Assembly (NCBI GenBank): GCA_041737355.1
Contig: JBGSRW010000010.1
Span: 3,935 to 67,934, forward strand
Source: Patescibacteria group bacterium
GTDB taxonomy: Bacteria > Patescibacteriota > Patescibacteriia > XYB2-FULL-38-15
Reading direction: 5' to 3'
DNA length: 64,000 bases
Positions within the stretch are counted from its first letter, which is position 1. Each line of letters opens with the position of its first letter. The notes under the pieces were generated by a model that was not told where the DNA came from, made no database searches, and saw nothing but the letters and a program-made list of their open reading frames with translations. This document shows, piece after piece, positions 16,110 to 26,034 of this stretch. The translations under genes and the position numbers were made by a program.

Positions 16110-18635
16110 ATGGAGCTATTTTCTTTCCAAAAAAAGACAGCTAAGAGGGCGATGGATCTTATGTTTGCTAAGTCTAATCCGACTGATGCGGTTTTTATAA
16201 TTGATGAAGTTGGTCTGGGAAAAACTAAAGAGGCGCTGGAAATCCTCAGAAGAAGCAGGGAGAAACTAAGGGGCAAGTTTAAAGCAATCATCATTACCCC
16301 CTCAAAAAGGCTGATTAGCCAATGGAAAAAGGAAAGCCGGGAATTTAATTCCGAAAAACAAATTTTTAACATTGAGCCAAGCGAGGCGACAAGAAAATTA
16401 TATGAAAGCGGAAAAATAACCCTTATCAACGCCGCCTTGAACTACGACCAAAAAATCAATCTAGCATTTTCCAGCGGCAATGAATTGAAAAATTTCAGGT
16501 CAACTAATTATCTGGAGCGCGAGTATATAATGTCTTTTTTTTCAAAAAGAAAAAGGGGCAAAAAATTTTTCAGGAAGCTGGGCGTTTCTCAAAATCAAAT
16601 TCCGGATGTTTACAATAAATCATTCCGAAAAATAAGCCGTAAAGACATTTCTTTGAGTGAGGCAATAAAAAGCATTAAAGATCAAACAAGTATTTCAGAG
16701 TTTAAGAAAAGATGGTTGGAAAATATAGGGGAAAGGCATAAATTTACTTCCATTGTAGTTGATGAATTCCATAATTATGTTAATTTAGCGGCTAAAAAAA
16801 ATTTAGATAAAATTTCTGGTGAGGAAAAAGAGGTCGATTATGATATCCAAATCTGGGACGAATTTTTCAGGTTGCAGGCGGATGACGGAGCTAGGAAGGT
16901 TAAAAAAATTTACTTATCAGCTACGCCGTTCAAGCCAATCAGATTGAACATCGGTCCTGAAAATCAAAATGACCCGATTTCTTATATCTTGAATGGGCTG
17001 AGTAATTCTTTCACCTATGGAGACCAGGAAAAGCTTGGCAAAAAGATTTTGAATTATAATGAGAATGTTTTAGAGATAAGAAAAAAAATAGCTTATCTAG
17101 CGAATAATCTAGGCAAGAAGGATATTAACGGAAAAGATATAGCAGAAGTTTTAAAAGATAGGGAGTTAATTGAGCTTAAGAGTAAAATAACAATAACTAA
17201 GCGGGAGATTGAAAAAATATTGAGCCGCTATTTATTGAGAAACGAAAGGAAACAAAAGAAATTTACAAGGATAACGATTGCTAAAACAATTAAAATTTCT
17301 AAAGAATTTGATAGATATATAAATCTTTTTGAAGCAATGTATCGAAGTAGATCAGTAGATCAAAGGTATGACGGCCTGCAAACCTATTTTACTTCCGGCG
17401 ATTTTTTTGACCGTTCGTATAAGCGTGAACATTATAAGGCGCTGGAAAATCTAAAGAAGAAAAGTAAATATCTTAAAAAATCTGATTTTAGAAATTATTT
17501 AAAAACGCACCCTAAATTAGAAGAGCTTAAAAAAATAATAAGAGAAGATTTGAAATGGTTCAAGTCTAAAGGCAACCCTCCTTGTTGGTTAGACGTTTAT
17601 AATCCCGAGGGGTATTCTAAGGCGCTTGTTTTTTGCGGCTATAGAGGTACACAGAATTATTTGGAAAAAGAAACAAAAAAGGAATATGAACATAAAGTTA
17701 AAAAAATATTTAAACCCTCAAATGTTTTGAAGAATACAATTGAAAAAATGTTTAAAAATATTACCGGCTATGATGGTATCGAGGAAAAACAGAGGGATAT
17801 CGTAGAAAATTTCTACGGATATCTGCCTTCGTATATTAAGAGATGGGGTTTAAGAAAAAGCGAGAGAGTTACAGCCAGGCAATTAAAGCGGTATATCAAA
17901 AAAAATAAATTGGAAGAAGTATTAAAATATTATTTTGAACGTGTTTGCGATAAAAAGCAGGAAAAATTTTTCGAAAACATTAAGGCCATTACAGAATGGA
18001 CACTGATGCAAAGCAGGCACGGCGTAATTGCCAAGTACGGAGAAATGTCAGGCGGCAAAGGAAAAAGAAGCGGGGTTGAGCGCATAGAGGATCTGCGGAC
18101 TGCCTTTAACTCCCCATTTTATCCCTACATTATGATTTCTACTAATGCTGGTTCGGAGGGGATTAGTCTGCATTCTTATTGCCGCAATGTTATCCATTAC
18201 GAACAGGATTGGATGCCAGCAACAATTGAACAAAGAAGTGGCAGGGTAGATAGGATAAATTCACTGGCGGCAAGGTTAAGAATAGAAGAGATTAAAGATA
18301 AAAATGATTTGGAAAAATTAAAGCATAGTCCCCACGCCGATCATTTACTAGAGCCAGGCAAGCCACAAGTTGAAGTTTGCGATCATTACATGCATAATAA
18401 AGATGTAAAAATAAATATATACCGGCTGGTTATGGAAGCAACCATAGACGAATATATGTATAATAGGGAGAGGGAACGTGCATTATGGGTTGATTTGTTT
18501 GTTGGCGGAGAAGATGTTAACAAAATGTTGGATTCAAGCGTCGGTTTGAATTTCAATATTTCTGATGAGAGCGTTAAATTGGAGTTAGATAAATTGATAG
18601 AGGAAATAAAAATAAAAGTAGGAGAAATAAAATAA
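16110..18635 (+). CDS. SF2 (SNF2-like) helicase/ATPase
   Basis: DEVGLGKT, VVDEFHN, LSATPF, STNAGSEGISLH, EQRSGRVDR. Confidence 0.92.
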   Translation: MELFSFQKKTAKRAMDLMFAKSNPTDAVFIIDEVGLGKTKEALEILRRSREKLRGKFKAIIITPSKRLISQWKKESREFNSEKQIFNIEPSEATRKLYESGKITLINAALNYDQKINLAFSSGNELKNFRSTNYLEREYIMSFFSKRKRGKKFFRKLGVSQNQIPDVYNKSFRKISRKDISLSEAIKSIKDQTSISEFKKRWLENIGERHKFTSIVVDEFHNYVNLAAKKNLDKISGEEKEVDYDIQIWDEFFRLQADDGARKVKKIYLSATPFKPIRLNIGPENQNDPISYILNGLSNSFTYGDQEKLGKKILNYNENVLEIRKKIAYLANNLGKKDINGKDIAEVLKDRELIELKSKITITKREIEKILSRYLLRNERKQKKFTRITIAKTIKISKEFDRYINLFEAMYRSRSVDQRYDGLQTYFTSGDFFDRSYKREHYKALENLKKKSKYLKKSDFRNYLKTHPKLEELKKIIREDLKWFKSKGNPPCWLDVYNPEGYSKALVFCGYRGTQNYLEKETKKEYEHKVKKIFKPSNVLKNTIEKMFKNITGYDGIEEKQRDIVENFYGYLPSYIKRWGLRKSERVTARQLKRYIKKNKLEEVLKYYFERVCDKKQEKFFENIKAITEWTLMQSRHGVIAKYGEMSGGKGKRSGVERIEDLRTAFNSPFYPYIMISTNAGSEGISLHSYCRNVIHYEQDWMPATIEQRSGRVDRINSLAARLRIEEIKDKNDLEKLKHSPHADHLLEPGKPQVEVCDHYMHNKDVKINIYRLVMEATIDEYMYNRERERALWVDLFVGGEDVNKMLDSSVGLNFNISDESVKLELDKLIEEIKIKVGEIK

Positions 18636-18675
18636 TTTATATTTGATAAATATTTTAAACGATCGGATTTTTAGT

Positions 18676-19173
18676 ATGGATGTTAATAAAGAAAGAAAAG
18701 TTTGCCGGGATTATTTGGTGGCGCGTAAGAAATTTTTAAAATTTGCTAATAAAAGTGAATTATTGCGGGGCAATGATAATATTATTGGCAGCCGAATTGG
18801 GGAATTTATTGCCTGGGAATTTTTGGATAAACAAAAAAGGAAGCCGAAGATGAATGAGCGAGCTAATGTTGAAGGTCATGATATGGTTTGTAAGGATGGC
18901 AAAAAAATTTCCGTTAAACTAATTAGTCCGGAGAACAAAACGGGAAGAACGACAAGGTTGGGTAAAAATTGGGATGAATTTTTATTAATTATTCTCGGCG
19001 ATAATTATAAAGTAGCTAAAATTGGTCATATCACCCGAAGCCAATTTAATAAAGATAAAAAAATAAGGAGTGCTAACCCGTATACAACTCGATCGATGTT
19101 AGGGGAAAAGGGTTTGTTTGTAAGATCTAGGGGGCGTGTTTATAAAAAGGAAGAAGTTAGTTGGTTAATATAG
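18676..19173 (+). CDS. putative PD-(D/E)XK restriction-endonuclease-like protein (DUF6998-like)
   Basis: 'GSRIGEFIA...NVEGHDMV...KISVK'; start could be 18643. Confidence 0.6.
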   Translation: MDVNKERKVCRDYLVARKKFLKFANKSELLRGNDNIIGSRIGEFIAWEFLDKQKRKPKMNERANVEGHDMVCKDGKKISVKLISPENKTGRTTRLGKNWDEFLLIILGDNYKVAKIGHITRSQFNKDKKIRSANPYTTRSMLGEKGLFVRSRGRVYKKEEVSWLI

Positions 19174-19206
19174 CTGGGAGAAGAGAAAATAAAATTGAAA
19201 TAAATT

Positions 19207-19545
19207 ATGGATCCAGCGGTTCGGACAATGGTAAACAAAATGCTTATTGGTTTTTGGCCGATTTTTGTTTGTCTGATAGGAATTTTAGCTATTTTGTTAA
19301 TAGATATATATGTATACCGGTTGGCGAAACCGTGGATAGCCAAGAAAGATAAGATGTTGGTTAGTTTGCTTTTTAGATTTTTGGGAGTGATTGGGTTTTT
19401 TATGGTGCTCGGATTATTGATTTCTTCCCTTGCGGATGCGTGGCAATCATTTTATTGGTATGGAGCGGGATTAGTTGCGGTAATTTTGGGATTTGCATTG
19501 GTGGCGATAGTTTTGAAATATAAATTTTTGAGAAATAAAAAATAA
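19207..19545 (+). CDS. hypothetical membrane protein
   Basis: Three hydrophobic segments. Confidence 0.7.
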   Translation: MDPAVRTMVNKMLIGFWPIFVCLIGILAILLIDIYVYRLAKPWIAKKDKMLVSLLFRFLGVIGFFMVLGLLISSLADAWQSFYWYGAGLVAVILGFALVAIVLKYKFLRNKK

Positions 19546-19565
19546 ATATTTTAAGCGAAAAATTT

Positions 19566-19913
19566 GTGGATAAGAAAATTGCCGGATATATTGAGAAACA
19601 AAAATCTCCCCAAAAGGAAATTTTAGAGGAAGTAAGGAAAATAATCTTGAAAACGCTTCCCGGCTGCGGCGAGGAGGCAAAATGGGGAGTTATTGCCTTT
19701 GCCGGCGGAAAATTTTATATTGCCGCCCTCCGGGATTCGGTCAATATCGGTTTTGCCATCGGCGGTTTGGATAAAAAAGAAATCGGCCTTTTTTCTGGCG
19801 GCGGAAAAACCATGAGGCACATTAAGATCCGGACAAAAAAAGAAATTGACGAGAAAAAGTTAAGGAAACTCTTAAAACTCGTTTATAAAAAGGCCAAATG
19901 CCAGCCTTGTTAA
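19566..19913 (+). CDS. DUF1801 (YdhG-like) protein
   Basis: 'EEAKWGV...VNIGF..G......GGGKTMRHIKI'. Confidence 0.85.
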   Translation: MDKKIAGYIEKQKSPQKEILEEVRKIILKTLPGCGEEAKWGVIAFAGGKFYIAALRDSVNIGFAIGGLDKKEIGLFSGGGKTMRHIKIRTKKEIDEKKLRKLLKLVYKKAKCQPC

Positions 19914-19929
19914 ATTTTAAAATAATTTT

Positions 19930-20151
19930 ATGGACGAACAATTTTTAGTTCAAAACGCGTGGGTTATCGGGCTGGCCGTACTCTGGACCCTGCCCTGGAA
20001 AGGAATGGCCCTGTGGAAAGCCGCCAGAAACAGCGATAAATGGTGGTTCATCGCCCTCATGCTGATTAACACCTTGGGCTTGCTGGAAATTCTCTATATT
20101 TTCATTTTCAGCAAAAAGAAAAGCGAACCGACGCAACCGCAAAACGTGTAG
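19930..20151 (+). CDS. DUF5652-family small membrane protein
   Basis: 'WTLPWKGMALWKAAR...WFI...NTLGLLEILYIF'. Confidence 0.85.
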   Translation: MDEQFLVQNAWVIGLAVLWTLPWKGMALWKAARNSDKWWFIALMLINTLGLLEILYIFIFSKKKSEPTQPQNV

Positions 20152-20185
20152 CGTGAAGCGTAATAAATTTGATAAACCGTAAACT

Positions 20186-20476
20186 ATGTTTGAAAATTTT
20201 GCCTGGTCAACGAGGGAATCGGTTTTGTCCGTTTTTTGGGCGGTTTATGTGAGCTGCCTTTTGGCCAATATTTATTATTTCTGGAAAAACGAGACCTGGA
20301 AGATCCCGGGGGCGATGCTCCGGCTGGGCAGGCCGCTTGTTCTCTACGGTTTGCTTGCCGTCATGCTCGTTACGGCGCCGGCCGAGATGGAAAAATTTTA
20401 CGGCTACATGATGCTCATCTTTTTTCTTTTTGTCCTCCCGATTATTGACGTAATCAGGCTCGTGATAAAAAAATAG
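20186..20476 (+). CDS. hypothetical membrane protein
   Basis: Three TM segments, native start context. Confidence 0.7.
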   Translation: MFENFAWSTRESVLSVFWAVYVSCLLANIYYFWKNETWKIPGAMLRLGRPLVLYGLLAVMLVTAPAEMEKFYGYMMLIFFLFVLPIIDVIRLVIKK

Positions 20477-20552
20477 ACCCGTCGACAAGTATTACACGCT
20501 TTGCCCTCGTTCCCGCGCTCGGGCGCGGAGAACTCGGGACACATTATAAAAA
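20474..20552. repeat. structured intergenic repeat (REP/MITE-like), short copy
   Basis: TAGACCCGTC-GACAAGTATTA...CCCTCGTTCCCGCG..CGCGGAGAACTCGGGACACATTATAAAAA; homologous to 28861-29000. Confidence 0.85.
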
Positions 20553-20557
20553 TATAA

Positions 20558-20800
20558 ATGTATTACTTATACATCCTCGAATGTTCCGATAAAACTTTGT
20601 ACACCGGCATTACGACCGATCCGGCCCGGAGAACCGCGGAGCACAATTCGTCAAAGCTTGGCGCGAGGTATACCCGGACCCGCCGGCCGGTAAAACTCGT
20701 TTATTCAAAAAAATTTAAGAATCGTTCGGCAGCCGCCAAAGAAGAAAGCCGGATTAAGAAACTATCAAGGGATGAGAAATTGGAATTGGTAAACGCATGA
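20558..20800 (+). CDS. GIY-YIG nuclease family protein (UPF0213/YhbQ-like)
   Basis: YYLYILECSDKTLYTGITTD..RR..EHN...GARYTR.RRPV. Confidence 0.92.
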   Translation: MYYLYILECSDKTLYTGITTDPARRTAEHNSSKLGARYTRTRRPVKLVYSKKFKNRSAAAKEESRIKKLSRDEKLELVNA

Positions 20801-21456
20801 TTAAAATAGATAAAATTATCCGTTCCCGGAGAAAAACCCTTGCCCTTATCGTCTCTCCTGATGCGGTGCTCACGGTCCGCGCCCCGCACTGGATTTCCCT
20901 GGACTATATTAAAAGTTTTGTCTTTGAAAAAAGATTTTGGATCAATAAAAAACAGCGGCAGATTTTAGCCCGGGGTGTGGTGAAGAAAAAAGAATTTGTA
21001 GAGGGCGAAGAATTTTTTTACCTTGGAGAAAAATACAAATTAAGAGTCCGGGATTGCGGGGAGATTGAATTGACTGACGATTTATATTTTCCCGCAAAAT
21101 ATCTCCGTGTTGCCCGGGCAATGATGGCTTCCTGGTATAAAAGAAAGACGCGGGAGATAATATTGGAGCGGGCCGGCTTTTACAGCAAAATGACCGGCTG
21201 GAAATTCAAATCGATTTCCGTTAACGGAGCCGAGAGGCGCTGGGGCTCCTGCGGAGCAAACGGGTCAATCAATTTCAGCTATCGGCTCGCGATGGCTCCG
21301 CCCGGGATAATCGATTATGTGGTTGCCCACGAGCTCGCCCATATTCCGGAGAAAAATCACTCGGCAAGATTCTGGGCCAAGGTTGGAATGGTTTTGCCCG
21401 ATTACAAGATAAGGCGGAAGTGGCTCAGGGATAATGAAAGAAATTTAAAAATTTAA
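20797..21456 (+). CDS. YgjP-like zinc metallohydrolase (DUF45)
   Basis: RSRRKTL, RWGSC, DYVVAHELAH, NHSARFW. Confidence 0.9.
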   Translation: MIKIDKIIRSRRKTLALIVSPDAVLTVRAPHWISLDYIKSFVFEKRFWINKKQRQILARGVVKKKEFVEGEEFFYLGEKYKLRVRDCGEIELTDDLYFPAKYLRVARAMMASWYKRKTREIILERAGFYSKMTGWKFKSISVNGAERRWGSCGANGSINFSYRLAMAPPGIIDYVVAHELAHIPEKNHSARFWAKVGMVLPDYKIRRKWLRDNERNLKI

Positions 21457-21474
21457 TAAATAAAACTTAAACCT

Positions 21475-22329
21475 ATGAACAAAAAACTGATTGTAATTTT
21501 GGCGGCGGTCGCGGTTGTCGCGGCAGCGGCTGTTTGCATCTATTATTTTGGAAATTTTTGGCGGGAAGTTGTTTATGACAACGCCAATCAAAACGCCAAC
21601 CAAAACACCAACGAGCCGTTGATTGGCGGGCAAAAAGACGCGCATGGATGTTTAGTCGCCGCCGGTTATTCCTGGTGCGAACCAAAACAAAAATGTTTGA
21701 GAGTCTGGGAAGAAAGATGTTACGAGGCGGAAGAAGCGGCGCTGGCCCAGATTTTTGCTTCCGAACACGAAGAGACAATCGCCCGGACTCATGTCAGGAT
21801 TAACGTGCTGCAAAATAATTTTGCCGCCGGCGGTATTTCTTTCGGTGAAGTCGCCGGCGAGGGAGGGGCATTTTTGGCCCGTCTGGCCGACGGCGCCTGG
21901 GCAGTCGATTATGAGGGCAACGGTTCAATTGATTGTCCGAAAGTAAGAGACCTTGGTTATCCGGAAGAAGTTCTCGTGGGGTTTTGCGATGTTATCTGCG
22001 CGGCCGACGCCAAGCTTTGTTCCGACGGCAGTTATGTCGGCAGGGTTGCGCCCAATTGCGAGTTCGCGCTCTGTCCCGGAGAAAATAAGCCGACGTTTTC
22101 GGAGGCCGAAGCCCGGGCGATCGCCGAGGCATCCTGCATCAAAGGCGGGGAAGCCCTGGGGTCCGGCATTTACAATGAAAATACAAAAACCTGGTGGTTT
22201 GATGCCAACTTGAACGCGACGCGCGAAGGCTGCAATCCGGCCTGCGTGGTTGACGAAGTGACGAAAACCGCCGAAATAAACTGGCGCTGCACCGGGCTCA
22301 TTGTGCCGGAAAAAGAAAGCGGAGAGTAA
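21475..22329 (+). CDS. membrane-anchored exported protein with several small disulfide modules
   Basis: N-terminal TM; 'GGQKDAHGCL..AGYSWC....KCLRVWEE', 'C.ADAKLC.DGSYVGR..PNCEF..CP', 'GCNPACVV.....AEINWRCTG'. Confidence 0.8.
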   Translation: MNKKLIVILAAVAVVAAAAVCIYYFGNFWREVVYDNANQNANQNTNEPLIGGQKDAHGCLVAAGYSWCEPKQKCLRVWEERCYEAEEAALAQIFASEHEETIARTHVRINVLQNNFAAGGISFGEVAGEGGAFLARLADGAWAVDYEGNGSIDCPKVRDLGYPEEVLVGFCDVICAADAKLCSDGSYVGRVAPNCEFALCPGENKPTFSEAEARAIAEASCIKGGEALGSGIYNENTKTWWFDANLNATREGCNPACVVDEVTKTAEINWRCTGLIVPEKESGE

Positions 22330-22334
22330 AAACC

Positions 22335-22589
22335 ATGAAAGATAAAAACAATCTTGAGATAATTCCCGGCGTGGGTAAAAGCATTGCCGAGGATTTGCGA
22401 AATATCGGCATCCAAACGGTCGCGGACCTGAAAGGCAAGGATCCGGAAAAATTGTTTGAAACGTCCAATCGCCATGAAGGCAAAAGACAGGACAGGTGCT
22501 TGCTGTATGTTTTCCGCGAAGCGGTCTATTTTGCCGAACATAAAAATCCCGATCCGGAAAAACTTAAATGGTGGAACTGGAAAGATTAA
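22335..22589 (+). CDS. helix-hairpin-helix protein (Cdd1/TfoX-C-like)
   Basis: IPGVGKSIAEDL..IGI...DL.GKDP..L...DRCLLYVFREAVYFA...WWNWKD. Confidence 0.85.
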   Translation: MKDKNNLEIIPGVGKSIAEDLRNIGIQTVADLKGKDPEKLFETSNRHEGKRQDRCLLYVFREAVYFAEHKNPDPEKLKWWNWKD

Positions 22590-22616
22590 AAATTTATTCC
22601 TAAAATAAAAAAACTT

Positions 22617-23411
22617 ATGAACAAAAAAATTATTTTAGCCGTCGCGGCGATTTCGTATGCCGCCATGGTCGCGGTAAATTACCTGGCCGGAGTCGGGAAA
22701 ATAAACAATGTCGGGACAGGGGCGGTTTCCGACGCTTACCGGAATCTTTTTACTCCGGCCGGCTACGCTTTCTCGATATGGGGGCTGATTTACCTGCTGC
22801 TTGGCGCTTACACCGTTTACCAGTTTGTCGCCGTCCGTAAAAACAAGGAGAAAGAAAATCTTTTTGCCGACCTTGGTAAATATTTTATTGCCACCTCGAT
22901 TCTAAACATTGCCTGGATTTTCGCCTGGCATAATTTCCAAATTGTTCTTACGGTTATCCTGATGCTCGGTCTGCTTTATTGCCTGGTCCGGATCGCCGAC
23001 CGGCTGCGCCTGGAAAATTTTTCAGCTAAAGAAAAAATATTGGTAAAACTTCCTTTCAGTATTTATTTTGGCTGGATCAGCGTGGCGACCATTGCCAATG
23101 TCACCATCTTGCTTGTGAGCCTCGGGTGGGACCGCTTTGGTTTGTCCGAACAATTCTGGACGATTGTTATACTTTTGGTCGGAGCGGCGATTGGCATCAT
23201 CAGGACGCTTTACGACAGGAATCCTTTTTACGGCCTGGTTTTTATCTGGGCTTATGCCGCGATTCTTTCAAAACATGTTTCGGCCAACGGATTTAACGGT
23301 CTTTACCAGGCAATTGTTTGGACGCTTTCCGGCTGTCTGGTTTTATTTTTTGCCGCGGAAATCATGGTTCTCTTGCGGAAAAATTTAAAACGCCCGGATC
23401 ATAGCGCGTAA
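22617..23411 (+). CDS. TspO-like tryptophan-rich membrane protein
   Basis: FTPAGYAFSIWGLIY; FSIYFGWISVATIAN. Confidence 0.8.
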   Translation: MNKKIILAVAAISYAAMVAVNYLAGVGKINNVGTGAVSDAYRNLFTPAGYAFSIWGLIYLLLGAYTVYQFVAVRKNKEKENLFADLGKYFIATSILNIAWIFAWHNFQIVLTVILMLGLLYCLVRIADRLRLENFSAKEKILVKLPFSIYFGWISVATIANVTILLVSLGWDRFGLSEQFWTIVILLVGAAIGIIRTLYDRNPFYGLVFIWAYAAILSKHVSANGFNGLYQAIVWTLSGCLVLFFAAEIMVLLRKNLKRPDHSA

Positions 23412-23431
23412 AATAATATTTATAAAATAAT

Positions 23432-24058
23432 ATGATCAAAAATCAAAAAGGAGTGGGAGTGATTGGGATTGTGATCCTTGCGGTTTTAATCGCGGCCGCG
23501 GCAAGCATTGTCATTTTAGCCAAAGTAAATCCGGAAAAGTTTCAGTCCGTCTCGGACAAGCTCGCAAGCATTGTTACTTCCAAGCCGCCGATCGGAAATT
23601 TGACCCCGGCCCGCGATTTGCGGGGAACCTGGATTTCTTCTTTGTCGGGCAAGGGGATGCAGTTGTCCGGACAATTTACGACAGAGAATGCCGTGACCGA
23701 TGTTTGGGAAGACGGCGACATAGAAATTAAGATCGAGAACGTGGAAAACAATATTGCCTCCGGCACGATCCGCTATTTTAATGCCTGCGGCTGGGGCACT
23801 TCGACCGTTACTATCCCCGGCCAAGGCAAGAGAGTTATTTCCGTTCCCAAAACCTGCGCGGCCGATACGGGACATCAGCCAATCGAGATAAGAGTGAGTT
23901 CGAGCGCCCTGGATTTTGGAACGGTTAAGGCGGGCGGCGTTACCGCGACCATGCAGGGCAGTTTTACTACCGATCTGATGCACGGCACCATGACCATGAC
24001 TTATCCTCCTTATGGAGCGGTAAAAGGGCTGTTCACTCTCATGCGGCAGAGAGAGTAG
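23432..24058 (+). CDS. hypothetical exported protein with pilin-like (class III) N-terminus
   Basis: MIKNQKG followed by a long hydrophobic helix; beta-rich remainder. Confidence 0.65.
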   Translation: MIKNQKGVGVIGIVILAVLIAAAASIVILAKVNPEKFQSVSDKLASIVTSKPPIGNLTPARDLRGTWISSLSGKGMQLSGQFTTENAVTDVWEDGDIEIKIENVENNIASGTIRYFNACGWGTSTVTIPGQGKRVISVPKTCAADTGHQPIEIRVSSSALDFGTVKAGGVTATMQGSFTTDLMHGTMTMTYPPYGAVKGLFTLMRQRE

Positions 24059-24099
24059 AATGCAGCTTGTAAGTTATAATTTATATTTTTAATAAACCT

Positions 24100-24555
24100 A
24101 TGAACAAACAATTTCTAAAAGACGCGCTGTTTTGGGGGTTTATTCTTTGGCTTATCGGCTACGGATTGGGAATGGTGCTTTTTTCTCTCGTGCCGGCCTC
24201 TTATATCGGCTGGATTATCATGCCGATCGGCACGGCCCTCACCATTTGGGTGGTTCTGAAAAAAGTAAAAGGCCCGACCCTGCAATATTACCTGTCTCTG
24301 GCGGTTGTTTGGACGGCGATCGCCGTTGTCTTTGATTACTTTTTTTTGGTCAGGGCTTTCAGGCCGGCTGACGGCTATTACAAATTCGACGTCTATCTCT
24401 ATTACACCCTGACTTTCCTTATTCCGCTCGCTGTCGGCTGGATTAAAAACAGAGCGCCGGAAAAACCGGGGCAAATTTTGGAGGTTAAAAAGACCGAAGA
24501 TTTGGAAACCGTTCCTACGCCGGCCGGCGAGGAGAAAGAGCAAAAACATGAATAA
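24100..24555 (+). CDS. hypothetical membrane protein
   Basis: Four TM segments. Confidence 0.75.
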   Translation: MNKQFLKDALFWGFILWLIGYGLGMVLFSLVPASYIGWIIMPIGTALTIWVVLKKVKGPTLQYYLSLAVVWTAIAVVFDYFFLVRAFRPADGYYKFDVYLYYTLTFLIPLAVGWIKNRAPEKPGQILEVKKTEDLETVPTPAGEEKEQKHE

Positions 24556-24787
24556 TTTTTCCAGGCTGAAAAGGCCAAGATACCCCATGCCCGGCTTCCT
24601 CAGGAAGGCGCTTGCCGATAAAAAATTGGCGGAAGCGTACCGGGAGCGTCCGGCCTATCAGCAGAACGATTATATCGGATGGATTACCCGCGCCAAACAG
24701 GAAGCGACAAAACGAAAAAGGCTGGATCAGATGATTGACGAGCTTCGCGGCGGAAAACTTTACATGAAAATGAAGTGGAAAAATTAA
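24548..24787 (+). CDS. YdeI/OmpD-associated family protein
   Basis: 'RPAYQQNDYIGWITRAKQEATKRKRLDQM'. Confidence 0.88.
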   Translation: MNNFSRLKRPRYPMPGFLRKALADKKLAEAYRERPAYQQNDYIGWITRAKQEATKRKRLDQMIDELRGGKLYMKMKWKN

Positions 24788-24809
24788 AAATTTATAAATT
24801 ACGCCGAAT

Positions 24810-25556
24810 ATGGAAGGGAAAAAAGTCAAAAAAATTGTTAAGAAATTTTACGGCAAGATTGCCGCGGGGAAAAGCTGCGGCTGCAGCTGCGGAGGCGGCG
24901 GGAAAGCGGAAAACGAGCGGATCGCCAAAAGCATCGGGTACTCGGCAAAAGAAATAAAAGCCGTTCCCGGGGCCAATCTCGGGCTTGGCTGCGGCAATCC
25001 GGTAGCCATGGGGAAAATAAAAGAAGGCGATACTGTTTTGGATCTGGGTTCCGGAGCCGGGTTTGATTCTTTTTTGGCCGGAAGAAGAGTGGGCAAATCT
25101 GGAAAAGTTATCGGGGTTGATATGACCCCCGAGATGATCGGAAAAGCCCGGGCCAATGCGGAAAAATACGGTTATAAAAATATTGAATTCAGATTGGGTG
25201 ATATTGAAAAATTGCCGGTCGACGATTGTTCAATTGATGTGATAATCAGCAATTGCGTCATCAATCTCGCCCCGGACAAGGCAAAAGTTTTTGCCGAAGG
25301 ATACAGAGTTCTCCGGCCGGGCGGCAGAATGTATGTTTCGGATATTGTTCTCCTTAAAAAACTTTCTCCGGCGCAAAAAGCCGACGAGAATCTGGTTGCC
25401 GGGTGTGTCGGCGGAGCGTTGTTGAAGAAAGATTACTTGAAAATTATCCGGGAGGCGGGTTTTAAAGTAAAAATTTTGTCGGAAGACAGGGAAATCAGCA
25501 AAAGGCAGTATGAGGGGGCGGCCCTCGAGAGCCTTAAGGTCGAGGCCATAAAGTAA
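24810..25556 (+). CDS. arsM: arsenite S-adenosylmethionine methyltransferase
   Basis: N-terminal Cys cluster; [36 protein letters not shown]. Confidence 0.88.
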   Translation: MEGKKVKKIVKKFYGKIAAGKSCGCSCGGGGKAENERIAKSIGYSAKEIKAVPGANLGLGCGNPVAMGKIKEGDTVLDLGSGAGFDSFLAGRRVGKSGKVIGVDMTPEMIGKARANAEKYGYKNIEFRLGDIEKLPVDDCSIDVIISNCVINLAPDKAKVFAEGYRVLRPGGRMYVSDIVLLKKLSPAQKADENLVAGCVGGALLKKDYLKIIREAGFKVKILSEDREISKRQYEGAALESLKVEAIK

Positions 25557-25576
25557 GGATTAAAATCGCGAAGTAC

Positions 25577-25605
25577 TTGACAAAAGTTTATTTTAGAGGC
25601 ATAAT
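25577..25605 (+). promoter_or_regulatory. sigma70 promoter of cold-shock gene (long 5' UTR)
   Basis: TTGACA-17 nt-CATAAT, ~85 nt upstream of ATG. Confidence 0.7.
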
Positions 25606-25689
25606 TATATCGCAAAATAGCATGCGCGAAAAGTAGTCGATTTTCCAAACATACTTAAATTTGCGTCTTATTTTTAACTTCGAATAGAA

Positions 25690-25887
25690 ATGAACGGTAC
25701 AATCAAGAAAAAAACCGACAAGGGTTTCGGCTTCATCGCCGTCGAAGGCCAGGCAAAAGACCTGTTCTTCCACAGCAAATCTCTGGTCGGCGTCACTTTT
25801 GACGAACTGCAGGAAGGCGACAACGTTACCTTTGAGATGGGAGATTCCCCCAAAGGCCCGAACGCCCTCAATGTGCAGCGCGCCTAA
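25690..25887 (+). CDS. cold-shock protein (CspA family)
   Basis: KGFGFI (RNP1), DLFFH (RNP2), KGPNA. Confidence 0.95.
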   Translation: MNGTIKKKTDKGFGFIAVEGQAKDLFFHSKSLVGVTFDELQEGDNVTFEMGDSPKGPNALNVQRA

Positions 25888-25939
25888 GCGCGAAAGAAAA
25901 ACTCGTCCCTCACGGGGCGGTTTTTTTTATCCCGGGGAT

Positions 25940-25968
25940 TTGATAAAAGGGTAAAAGAGGGTTAAAAT
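25940..25968 (+). promoter_or_regulatory. sigma70 promoter of hcp-like gene
   Basis: TTGATA-17 nt-TAAAAT. Confidence 0.6.
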
Positions 25969-26034
25969 AATATAAATAGCGCCGGACGCTTAAGGTCGAC
26001 GGCCGGATTATAAAATAATTTTTTTACACAAAAT

